Source: Acinetobacter corruptisaponis
Lineage (GTDB): Bacteria > Pseudomonadota > Gammaproteobacteria > Pseudomonadales > Moraxellaceae
Direction of reading: 5' to 3'
NCBI RefSeq assembly: GCF_030053775.1
Contig: NZ_CP125669.1
Coordinates: 1,017,962 to 1,049,961 of the forward strand
DNA: 32,000 nucleotides
Shown here piece by piece: positions 23,610 through 31,246 of this stretch; the stretch's first letter is position 1, and every line of letters begins with the position of its first letter. The position numbers were made by a program, and so were the translations under genes. The notes below the pieces were generated by a model. That model did not search any database. It was not told where the DNA came from and worked only from the letters and a program-made list of their open reading frames with translations.

Positions 23610-25061
23610 ATGATTATTTTAACTACTGGTACGCCAGGCTCTGGAAAAACACTGTTTGCTGTTTCAAAAATTATTGAGCGTGAACAGCAAAATGAAAAGC
23701 ATCTAAAGCTCAATCCAAAGATATTTGAGCGCAATTTATCAATTATAGAAATAAATTGTGATAAGGAGATTTTAATACAATCATCTGTATTTGATGGTGA
23801 TCAGAAAATATATGAAGACATTAGAAATGTATTAAAACATTCAGATAATGAGAAAATAACAATATCTCATCTATTTGATGAATTTCAGTCATTCTCTGGA
23901 TTAAGCTTAAACAATAGATATGAGACATATTTTTATGACTCAGTTATATATAACGAGCTAATCAAATATATAAATGATCAGCTTGATTTAAAGCTTGAAT
24001 ACATACTCGATGTTCGTCAACAGTATAGCGATATAAATGGCTTAAAAGTTGATAACGTTTTAAAGACACCAGAAGACTGGCGAAAAACGCCTGACGGTTC
24101 TATTGTTTATTATGATGAAGCACAGCAGCATGAGCGTTTCAGATCGGGTACGTCAGCAAACAAGGATGAGATTGTTCAAAAACTACAAGTGCATCGCCAT
24201 ACTGGGCATGACATATGGTTTATTACGCAATCCCCTCGCTTTCTAAATGCTTTCGTACTTGACCTTGTGGGTGAACACTATCATTTGCATCGTCCTTACG
24301 GTGCAAAATTAGCAAGCGTTTACTACTGGAGAAGTTGTCGTAAACAGCCACAATCACAATCTTCTAAAGATGTTGCTGAAAATGAATTTTTGTTCAAATA
24401 TCCAAAGGATTTATTTAGTTATTATAAATCTGCAACGACACATACAGTAAAATTCAAAGTTCCTAAAAAAGCATATTATATTGGCGGTGCTTCATTAATA
24501 TTATGTTTTATTATATTTAAAATGATTACCAGTGATAAAACACAAAAATTTATTAATCCCAAAGCTGAACAAACTGCACAAAATAATCAGGCAGATAAAA
24601 AAAATCAGACTGCAATGATTCAGCCTGATCAATTAAATAATGAATGTCGCAAGGCGATTAATGTAGAAAAGCCTGAATGCGTGCAATGGTTCAATCAACT
24701 TGATCAGCAAAAAAATGCTGGTCAGGCATACACAATTAAATATGATCCGAATGATCCATATAACGTGCCGTATGATCAGTTTCAGTACCAAGTAACGAGT
24801 ACACCTCAATTTGTTGGGTGTGTGAAATGGGATGGCAAATACTATGCATACACACAACAAGGTACACGTCTAAACGTTCCACAATCTGATTGTCAAAAGT
24901 ACATGAATGGGGACCGCCCGTTCAATCCGATGTATCAACCAACTCCACAGGGAATGAATAATGTTCAAGTCAATAATCAAGTCGATTATCCGTACAATAA
25001 TCAACAAGATACTGAGCAGATGGCTAAGATAGAGCAGGCAAAAATGGAGGGCTTGATATGA
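23610..25061 (+). CDS. Zot / pI-family assembly ATPase (483 aa)
   Basis: The N-terminus MIILTTGTPGSGKTLFAV is a Walker A, and IVYYDEAQQ is a Walker B. A TM (GGASLILCFIIFKMI) is followed by a periplasmic C-terminal domain. Confidence 0.88.
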   Translation: MIILTTGTPGSGKTLFAVSKIIEREQQNEKHLKLNPKIFERNLSIIEINCDKEILIQSSVFDGDQKIYEDIRNVLKHSDNEKITISHLFDEFQSFSGLSLNNRYETYFYDSVIYNELIKYINDQLDLKLEYILDVRQQYSDINGLKVDNVLKTPEDWRKTPDGSIVYYDEAQQHERFRSGTSANKDEIVQKLQVHRHTGHDIWFITQSPRFLNAFVLDLVGEHYHLHRPYGAKLASVYYWRSCRKQPQSQSSKDVAENEFLFKYPKDLFSYYKSATTHTVKFKVPKKAYYIGGASLILCFIIFKMITSDKTQKFINPKAEQTAQNNQADKKNQTAMIQPDQLNNECRKAINVEKPECVQWFNQLDQQKNAGQAYTIKYDPNDPYNVPYDQFQYQVTSTPQFVGCVKWDGKYYAYTQQGTRLNVPQSDCQKYMNGDRPFNPMYQPTPQGMNNVQVNNQVDYPYNNQQDTEQMAKIEQAKMEGLI

Positions 25062-25234
25062 ATCACGATGCTCATGTATTTCAATATAAGTTACATCATT
25101 CTCAAGTAAAGAAAATCTATCTTTCTAGCTATGTATTTGTCTTGGTAGCGCTTTCTTCATTTGTCTTTGGTTTTTACATATCTCACGTATACTACTCACG
25201 ATTGCTTTTTGAATGTTTGTTTTTAACGGGGTAG
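25058..25234 (+). CDS. possible small membrane protein (58 aa)
   Basis: ATGA overlap with the zot-like stop. It has one TM (VFVLVALSSFVFGFYI). Confidence 0.4.
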   Translation: MNHDAHVFQYKLHHSQVKKIYLSSYVFVLVALSSFVFGFYISHVYYSRLLFECLFLTG

Positions 25235-25236
25235 AC

Positions 25237-25326
25237 ATGCGTTTTATTTATCTGGCGTTATTTATAGTCTTTGCTTTTTTAATGATTGTTTATGTTGAAT
25301 TCAAAATATTTTTTCCAAAGTTTTAA
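25237..25326 (+). CDS. possible 29-aa hydrophobic peptide
   Basis: The ATG lies 2 nt after the previous stop, and nearly the whole peptide is hydrophobic. No Shine-Dalgarno is evident. Confidence 0.2.
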   Translation: MRFIYLALFIVFAFLMIVYVEFKIFFPKF

Positions 25327-25335
25327 CTTCTCGGT

Positions 25336-25459
25336 TTATTGCTCGAAGAGCAATATAAAAGCCCTAACAAAGGGCTTTTATCGCTATGCAAAGATTCACG
25401 TCCCGATCTTCTTGCATGTCACCCCGCGTCTGCGGGGCTAGAGTGGGCAGTCTTGCCCA
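25336..25459. other. structured intergenic region of the inovirus (five consecutive hairpins; candidate terminator, packaging signal or origins)
   Basis: The hairpins lie at 25336-25354, 25356-25378 (AAAAGCCCT/AGGGCTTTT), 25385-25416 (imperfect), 25421-25436 (CCCCGC-GTCT-GCGGGG) and 25442-25459 (GTGGGCA-GTCT-TGCCCAC). The region is locally GC-rich. Confidence 0.4.
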
Positions 25460-25560
25460 CGAATCGAAGTATCCAGACACATCCCCTCCCTGATTACCTA
25501 CTCCCATTTGTTCTATGAGAGATTAACCGAGCGAAGCGACTTTTTACTATGGGGTAAAAA

Positions 25561-26388
25561 ATGAATGTAAAAGAAATATTAGACTTCTATTCTAAAAACG
25601 GTTTATTTCAATCAAAACATAGCTATGAAGATAAAATAAAATATATCGAATGGTTTTATCAATATGATGAAATAACGATAGATGTCCTGACAGACTATTG
25701 CACCTATAGACAACTTTCGGGTGTGAAAAACAGTACGATTAATCGAGAATTGAATGTCATTAAGTCGGCATTTAACTACTATCTGAAATATAACCAGACA
25801 GCGAATTTCAAGAACGTCTTTAATAGGTTCAGGTTGTTTGAAGATGACTTCATCCCGAGATACTTAACTGCTGTTGAGTGCCACGATCTGTTACAAGCCA
25901 CCCTTAAGCATAACAATCAGTTATTACATGATTTTGTCGTGCTTGCCCTCAATACAGGCTGTCGGGCTTCTGAGTTGACAACGTTGACATGGAACAACGT
26001 CTTTCTGCATGACAGATATTTTATCGTGCGCAATTCACTTAGCAAAAATAAGAAGACAGTATATAAGCCACTTAATACGGTTTCGATTGCAGCTTTTTAT
26101 AGGTTGAAGAAACATAAGCATTATGTGTTTTATAACAGGTCAACTGATTCACACATTAAGAGCTTTAGACGGGGATTTGAAATTGCGGTAAAAAGAACGG
26201 AATTGGGTGCTGTTAGGATTCATGACTTAAGACATACATTTGCTAGTTTCTTGGTAAAGCAAGGTGTACCGCTTTACCATGTCTCAACCTTGTTGGGACA
26301 TTCAGATATCCGAATAACACAAAGATACTCACATTTAGCCCCTGAAAATTTACATCACGTCTTAAAATATCTACCGACGTTAACATAA
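25561..26388 (+). CDS. small tyrosine recombinase / integrase (XerC/D-size, 275 aa)
   Basis: Catalytic pattern: R (GCRASELTTL), HxxR (IHDLRHTFASFL) and H...Y (LLGHSDIRITQRYSHL). It lies 40 nt from attR. Confidence 0.9.
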   Translation: MNVKEILDFYSKNGLFQSKHSYEDKIKYIEWFYQYDEITIDVLTDYCTYRQLSGVKNSTINRELNVIKSAFNYYLKYNQTANFKNVFNRFRLFEDDFIPRYLTAVECHDLLQATLKHNNQLLHDFVVLALNTGCRASELTTLTWNNVFLHDRYFIVRNSLSKNKKTVYKPLNTVSIAAFYRLKKHKHYVFYNRSTDSHIKSFRRGFEIAVKRTELGAVRIHDLRHTFASFLVKQGVPLYHVSTLLGHSDIRITQRYSHLAPENLHHVLKYLPTLT

Positions 26389-26427
26389 CTTTACAAAAAA
26401 CATGCTTAAAAAACCGCCAGTGGAACG

Positions 26428-26476
26428 TCGCCCTTTCACGGCGGTAACCGGGGTTCGAATCCCCGTAGGGACGCCA
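26428..26476 (+). repeat. attR core (displaced original 3' end of tRNA-Glu)
   Basis: 49/49 identical to 17860-17908. It is followed by the tRNA's own terminator. Confidence 0.85.
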
Positions 26477-26482
26477 AATATT

Positions 26483-26521
26483 AAAAAGCCACTGCATCAA
26501 TGAGACAGTGGCTTTTTTATT
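26483..26521 (+). terminator. rho-independent terminator (original tRNA-Glu terminator)
   Basis: AAAAAGCCACTG (26483-26494) pairs with CAGTGGCTTTTT (26506-26517), followed by a T-run. Confidence 0.7.
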
Positions 26522-26628
26522 TTTCATCATTTACTTTAAAATTTAAAAAAGAACTCATTGTTATTCTTAGCTTATTTTCTATCCTCATCTTATAATGTGA
26601 ATACTAAAACTTATTAGTTAAACAAGAT

Positions 26629-27309
26629 ATGCAGATACGTTTATTTCATTTGGAAAATTCACGCTCACAACGTATCATCTGGTTTTTGGAAGAACTGAAT
26701 CTTGCTTATGAATTAATAATCAATCAGCATTGCGATACTGATCAAAATAAAAACTCACCACATCCCTTATCAAAATTTCCTGCGATTGAAATCATAGATC
26801 AAGGACAAAGTTACGTTCTAGCAGAAACAGCTGCAATTATTGAATATTTATCATATTTCAATCCTAAATTGGGGCAGTCAGAATTAAGCGGACAACAATT
26901 ACAACATTTTTATTATTGGAAAAATTACTGTGAAGCAACTTTAATACCCGATCTGTTGCTCAAGCAAATCTTTAAACAGATTGTGCAAAGGACTCCTTTT
27001 CCTGTTCGTTTCATTTCTAAATTTTTAAAATATGGCTTTGATCAAGGCTATTTAAACGCTTCATTACAGCGACAAATGTGCATGGTTGATGAGCATTTAA
27101 AAGATCATATCTGGTTTACTGGAGATCAATTAACGCTTGTCGATATATTAATGTGGTTTCCGTTATTGGCTGGCTCTCAAAATCTAAAGCAATTTGAGCA
27201 TATACAACGTTACCTTGAGCAAATAGAAAACAGACCCGCCTTTAAAACTGCTCTCATTAAAGGACAATGGTCTGCTTCTACTTTCCAGACTTATTGGACA
27301 ACAGCGTAG
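26629..27309 (+). CDS. glutathione S-transferase family protein
   Basis: The N-terminal thioredoxin-like pattern is LFHLENSRSQRIIWFLEELNLAYEL...FPAIE...LAETAAIIEYL. The C-terminal domain is helical. Confidence 0.85.
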   Translation: MQIRLFHLENSRSQRIIWFLEELNLAYELIINQHCDTDQNKNSPHPLSKFPAIEIIDQGQSYVLAETAAIIEYLSYFNPKLGQSELSGQQLQHFYYWKNYCEATLIPDLLLKQIFKQIVQRTPFPVRFISKFLKYGFDQGYLNASLQRQMCMVDEHLKDHIWFTGDQLTLVDILMWFPLLAGSQNLKQFEHIQRYLEQIENRPAFKTALIKGQWSASTFQTYWTTA

Positions 27310-27318
27310 TAAATCAGC

Positions 27319-28569
27319 TTATGCTGATTTACGTGAATTCACCTGTCCTTTGATCACTGCCTTAATATTGCCTTTGGCATAATTCAGGAACACGATTAAA
27401 GGCGATAATTTCGGATTCGGTTTTTTACCCTGACCAATTGCTTTAAACTGCGCTGCGTACCAGATAATTTCCATAATAGCCATTTTATCGACCATTGGAA
27501 TACCTGTTTTAATCTGGTTTACGGCATAACGCACATCATTGCCTGCAATTAAGCGATCTGTTAAATCAGTCTCAACTGCCAATGGACGGGCAATACCGAT
27601 AAAGTCACATGCACCACTTTCAAGTGCAGCATTCATGCCTGCAACGGTACGGAAGCCCCCTGTCACCATCAACTTACAAGATACATGCTGGCGAATCTTT
27701 TCAGCAAACTCAAGGAAATACGCTTCACGGGCAATGGTGCTGGCTTTACGTGATTCAGCTTTTGCACCTGCCATTGCAGGGGCTTCGTAGGTTCCGCCTG
27801 AGATTTCAATAATATCAATACCCGCAGTATCAATTGCCTTGAATACGGTGATGACATCTTCTTCAGTAATTCCTCCACGCTGGAAATCAGCAGAGTTGAG
27901 TTTGACTGAAATAATAAAGTTCTCAGAAGTAGCAGCACGTACCGCCTTATAAATTTCCAGCAAGAAACGGCTGCGATTTTCGATTGAACCGCCCCACTGA
28001 TCAGTACGTTTATTGGTCAGTGGCGATAAAAATTGACTGATCAAATAACCATGTGCCCCATGTAATTGCACGCCCTCAAAACCTGCTTTTTCACAAATCG
28101 CTGCTGCTGTGGCAAAACGCTGGATAATATCCAAGATTTCTTCATGTTTTAGTTCACGCGGTGTGCCAAACATGGTGGCCAGCATTGGGCTAAATGGCAC
28201 AGCCGAAGGTGCAACAGTTTCCTTATTCAAACCTTTTGGACATTGACGACCTGGATGTGACAATTGAATCAATTGTACCATTCCATATTTTTTACCCACT
28301 GCCGCCCACTGTTGTAATTTCGCCAGATCACGTTCAGTTTCCACTGCAACCACACCTGGCTCATTCTTGGCTGCGATGTTGACCATGACATTGCCTGTAA
28401 TGGCACAACCTAAACCACCTTTTGCCCAAGCCTCATATAAGCCGATATGCAAATCATTCGGTTGCCCATCATGATTGGCAAGTGCTTCACTCATGGCACC
28501 TTTGATAATGCGGTTTTTAAATGTGGTGTTACGAATCTGGATACTGTCTGCAATCTGACTCATGGTCAT
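27319..28569 (-). CDS. NADH:flavin oxidoreductase, Old Yellow Enzyme family
   Basis: The pattern FKNRIIKGAMSE...HPGRQ...GFEGVQLHGAHGYLISQFLSP..N.R.D.WGGS.ENR is an OYE TIM-barrel signature. Confidence 0.88.
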   Translation of the reverse strand: MTMSQIADSIQIRNTTFKNRIIKGAMSEALANHDGQPNDLHIGLYEAWAKGGLGCAITGNVMVNIAAKNEPGVVAVETERDLAKLQQWAAVGKKYGMVQLIQLSHPGRQCPKGLNKETVAPSAVPFSPMLATMFGTPRELKHEEILDIIQRFATAAAICEKAGFEGVQLHGAHGYLISQFLSPLTNKRTDQWGGSIENRSRFLLEIYKAVRAATSENFIISVKLNSADFQRGGITEEDVITVFKAIDTAGIDIIEISGGTYEAPAMAGAKAESRKASTIAREAYFLEFAEKIRQHVSCKLMVTGGFRTVAGMNAALESGACDFIGIARPLAVETDLTDRLIAGNDVRYAVNQIKTGIPMVDKMAIMEIIWYAAQFKAIGQGKKPNPKLSPLIVFLNYAKGNIKAVIKGQVNSRKSA

Positions 28570-28580
28570 CCTCTGCTACA

Positions 28581-28600
28581 ATTAGAGTATTTACTCTAAT
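28581..28600. promoter_or_regulatory. perfect 9-2-9 palindrome just upstream of the OYE gene
   Basis: ATTAGAGTA-TT-TACTCTAAT lies 12 nt upstream of the start codon at 28569 on the minus strand. It is a candidate repressor operator. Confidence 0.35.
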
Positions 28601-28677
28601 TTAATCTGATTATTGTGGGTGTCAAGGGTTCTTCCGATAAATTGACAATATCATATGTCAGCTTAATTACAAGATGC

Positions 28678-30276
28678 TCAGTACTGGCTGGCTGCGATCA
28701 ACTGTCGTGTATATTCAGTTTGAGGCTGGGCAAATAATTGCGTGGTTTGTTGATACTCAAGGACTTTGGCCTGATGCATCACCATTACTTTTTGGCAAAG
28801 TGCTTGAATGACTTGTAAGTCATGACTGATAAAGATGTAACTGATCTGGTCTTGCTGCTGTAATCGGCGTAACAATTGAATCATGGCACGCTGTGTACTG
28901 CGATCCAGTGCAGAGGTAGGTTCATCCAATATAATGAGTTTGGGCTGCAACACCAAAGCTCTTGCCAATGCGACTCTTTGCCGTTGCCCACCAGACAGTT
29001 GATGTGGATATTGATGCTTAGCGTCTATTGATAATTCAACTTTACTGAGTACCTCTTCAATTTTAGTTGTGATCTGTGCTTTGGAAATTGATCTAAGCTT
29101 TAAGCCCTCTCCAATGATTTGCTCAACTGTCATGCGTGGATTTAAGCTGCTCAAAGGGTCTTGAAATACGATCTGAAAATCACTTCGTAAAGGTCTAAGT
29201 TGTTTTTGATTCAATTGGTTTAAATCTTTGCCCTGAAAAACAATTTCTCCATCACTGGCGATCAGACGTGCAATTGCTAAAGCTATAGATGACTTGCCTG
29301 AACCACTTTCCCCCACAATGCCTAAAGCCTCACCCTGCATTAAACTCAAATCAATCGCTTCTGCTGCCACTTTATAATGTTTAACATGGTTGAATAAGCC
29401 GTGTTTAATTGGATATTTAACAGTGACATTTTCAAGCCTTAATAAGGTTTCTGCTGGTTCCAATACCAAAGCTTGCCCAAAATTATGGTTCAATAGATTT
29501 TCTGTATATTCAGTTTTTGGCTGGTCAAAAATTTCAGAAATTGTACCTTGCTGTTCAACTTTGCCTTGATTCAACACCAGCACATGATCAGCATAACGTT
29601 TAACCAGATTGAGGTCATGGCTAATCAAAATCATCGCCATTTTACGTTGCTGTTGCAGCTTTTTAAGCAAAGCTAAAATCTGTGCCTGCAACATCACATC
29701 TAAAGCTGTCGTTGGTTCATCGGCAATTAAAATCTCTGGTTCTAAAGCCAGTGCCATTGCAATCATGACACGCTGCCGTTGCCCACCTGAAAGCTGATGT
29801 GGGTAGCATTTTAGCATCTGCTGAGCATCCTCAATGCCCACATCATGTAGTAAATTGATCACTTTTTGCTGAGCTTGTGCTTCGGACAGACCTTGCAACA
29901 CTAAACTTTCGCCAACGATCTTTTCCACCTTGTGCAATGGATTGAGCGCAGTCATGGGTTCCTGAAAAATCATGGCGATTCGTTTACCACGAAGCTGTTG
30001 TAATTGTCGCTGACTGAGTTTTAACAAATCATTATTTTCTAATTCAACTTTGCCATCCACGCTCAATGTTTCAGGCAATAAACCCAATAATGCCAAAGCA
30101 CTGATGGATTTACCCGAACCACTTTCACCAACTATTGCCAAAGTCTGAGCTGGATATAACTCAAAATTTAAATCATCCAGCAAGGTCTGCCCTGTTTCAT
30201 TGGCAATGCAAAGCTGCTGCACTTTTAACAACGGCTTAACGTCTTGGGTCAAATGCATCACGTGCCGCCTCCCCAA
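28678..30276 (-). CDS. yejF: duplicated-ATPase ABC transporter subunit (YejF-like, peptide/microcin C importer)
   Basis: It has two Walker A motifs (GESGSGKS twice), two LSGGQRQR signatures and two Walker B motifs. It lies downstream of yejB-yejE. The start may be the internal Met at 30258. Confidence 0.85.
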   Translation of the reverse strand: MGRRHVMHLTQDVKPLLKVQQLCIANETGQTLLDDLNFELYPAQTLAIVGESGSGKSISALALLGLLPETLSVDGKVELENNDLLKLSQRQLQQLRGKRIAMIFQEPMTALNPLHKVEKIVGESLVLQGLSEAQAQQKVINLLHDVGIEDAQQMLKCYPHQLSGGQRQRVMIAMALALEPEILIADEPTTALDVMLQAQILALLKKLQQQRKMAMILISHDLNLVKRYADHVLVLNQGKVEQQGTISEIFDQPKTEYTENLLNHNFGQALVLEPAETLLRLENVTVKYPIKHGLFNHVKHYKVAAEAIDLSLMQGEALGIVGESGSGKSSIALAIARLIASDGEIVFQGKDLNQLNQKQLRPLRSDFQIVFQDPLSSLNPRMTVEQIIGEGLKLRSISKAQITTKIEEVLSKVELSIDAKHQYPHQLSGGQRQRVALARALVLQPKLIILDEPTSALDRSTQRAMIQLLRRLQQQDQISYIFISHDLQVIQALCQKVMVMHQAKVLEYQQTTQLFAQPQTEYTRQLIAASQY

Positions 30277-31246
30277 TATAAATCAGCGAAGACAATACAA
30301 TCGCTAAAGTAAAGAAACCTGATAAAACCAACCACGGCGCATCCAGATTATTTTTACCTTGTAATAACAGTTCACCTAAAGATGCAGCATCAGGCGGCAG
30401 ACCATAACCCAAGAAATCTAGTGCAGTTAAGGCAATAATATTAGCCGTCAACATAAAAGGAATTTGTGACAGACTGGAACTCATGGCATTGGGTAAAATA
30501 TGCTTAAAGATAATTTGAACATCACTGACACCCAACGCTCGTGCAGCTCTAACATAATCAAAATTTCGGGCGCGTAAAAATTCAGCCCGTACCAATCCAA
30601 CTAGTTCGGTCCAGCCAAACAACAGCATAATCAAGAACAGCCAATACACGCTAGGGCTAAACATACTCACCAGAATCATCACGATAAACAGCATGGGCAA
30701 ACCGCCCCACACTTCCAAAATACGTTGTCCAATCAGATCAATCCAGCCGCCATAATAACCTTGTACTGCCCCAACCATAATGCCGATGACTGCTGAACAT
30801 AAGGTTAAAGCCAATCCAAACAATAAGGAAATCCGCAACCCATACAAGATTCGGGCAAATACATCTCGCCCCTGATCATCAGTTCCGAGCCAGTTTTGTA
30901 CGCTTGGTTTTGAGGGTACAGGCACCGCAAGAGATAAATTGGGTGATTGATAAGAAAATGCCACAGGCGGAGAAATCATCCAGCCTTGTTGCTGAATCAA
31001 CTGTTTGACTGCTGGGTCTTGATAATCGGTTGCCGTTTCAAATTGCCCACCGAAAGTCGTTTCTGGATAATCTTTTAAAATTGGAAAATAAAAGGTCTGC
31101 TGATAACGCACCAATAAAGGACGATCATTGGCAATAAATTCCGCACATAAAGACAGGATAAAAATAATCAGAAATACGATTAAGCAGCGAAAACCCAATT
31201 TATTCTGTCGAAAACGATGGAAACGCTGCTGCATTAAAGGCGACAT
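30236..31246 (-). CDS. yejE: ABC transporter permease YejE-like
   Basis: The N-terminus ...ANDRPLLVRYQQTFYFPILKDYPETTFGG...DYQDP resembles E. coli YejE. It has an OppC-type permease core. Confidence 0.85.
   Translation of the reverse strand: MSPLMQQRFHRFRQNKLGFRCLIVFLIIFILSLCAEFIANDRPLLVRYQQTFYFPILKDYPETTFGGQFETATDYQDPAVKQLIQQQGWMISPPVAFSYQSPNLSLAVPVPSKPSVQNWLGTDDQGRDVFARILYGLRISLLFGLALTLCSAVIGIMVGAVQGYYGGWIDLIGQRILEVWGGLPMLFIVMILVSMFSPSVYWLFLIMLLFGWTELVGLVRAEFLRARNFDYVRAARALGVSDVQIIFKHILPNAMSSSLSQIPFMLTANIIALTALDFLGYGLPPDAASLGELLLQGKNNLDAPWLVLSGFFTLAIVLSSLIYIGEAARDAFDPRR

Larger units (their letters stand above)
17860..26476. mobile_element. integrated filamentous (inovirus-type) prophage in the 3' end of tRNA-Glu
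   Basis: A perfect 49-bp direct repeat bounds the element. Inside are a Rep_trans-like initiator, a signal-peptide major coat protein, a pIII-like protein, a Zot/pI ATPase and a tyrosine integrase next to the right repeat. Confidence 0.85.

Noticed and set aside
26243-26530. 95-aa minus-strand ORF crossing attR, and the 17641..17928 ORF crossing tRNA-Glu
   Set aside because: Both are open only because they traverse the tRNA/att repeat, hence the shared WRPYGDSNPGYRRERA peptide. The first is antisense to the integrase 3' end and to the tRNA terminator. It is relevant only as the hypothetical read-through frame of the repressor after excision.
27539-28382. Several 62-89-aa ORFs on both strands within the OYE gene
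   Set aside because: They are shadow frames of a gene with a full OYE signature.
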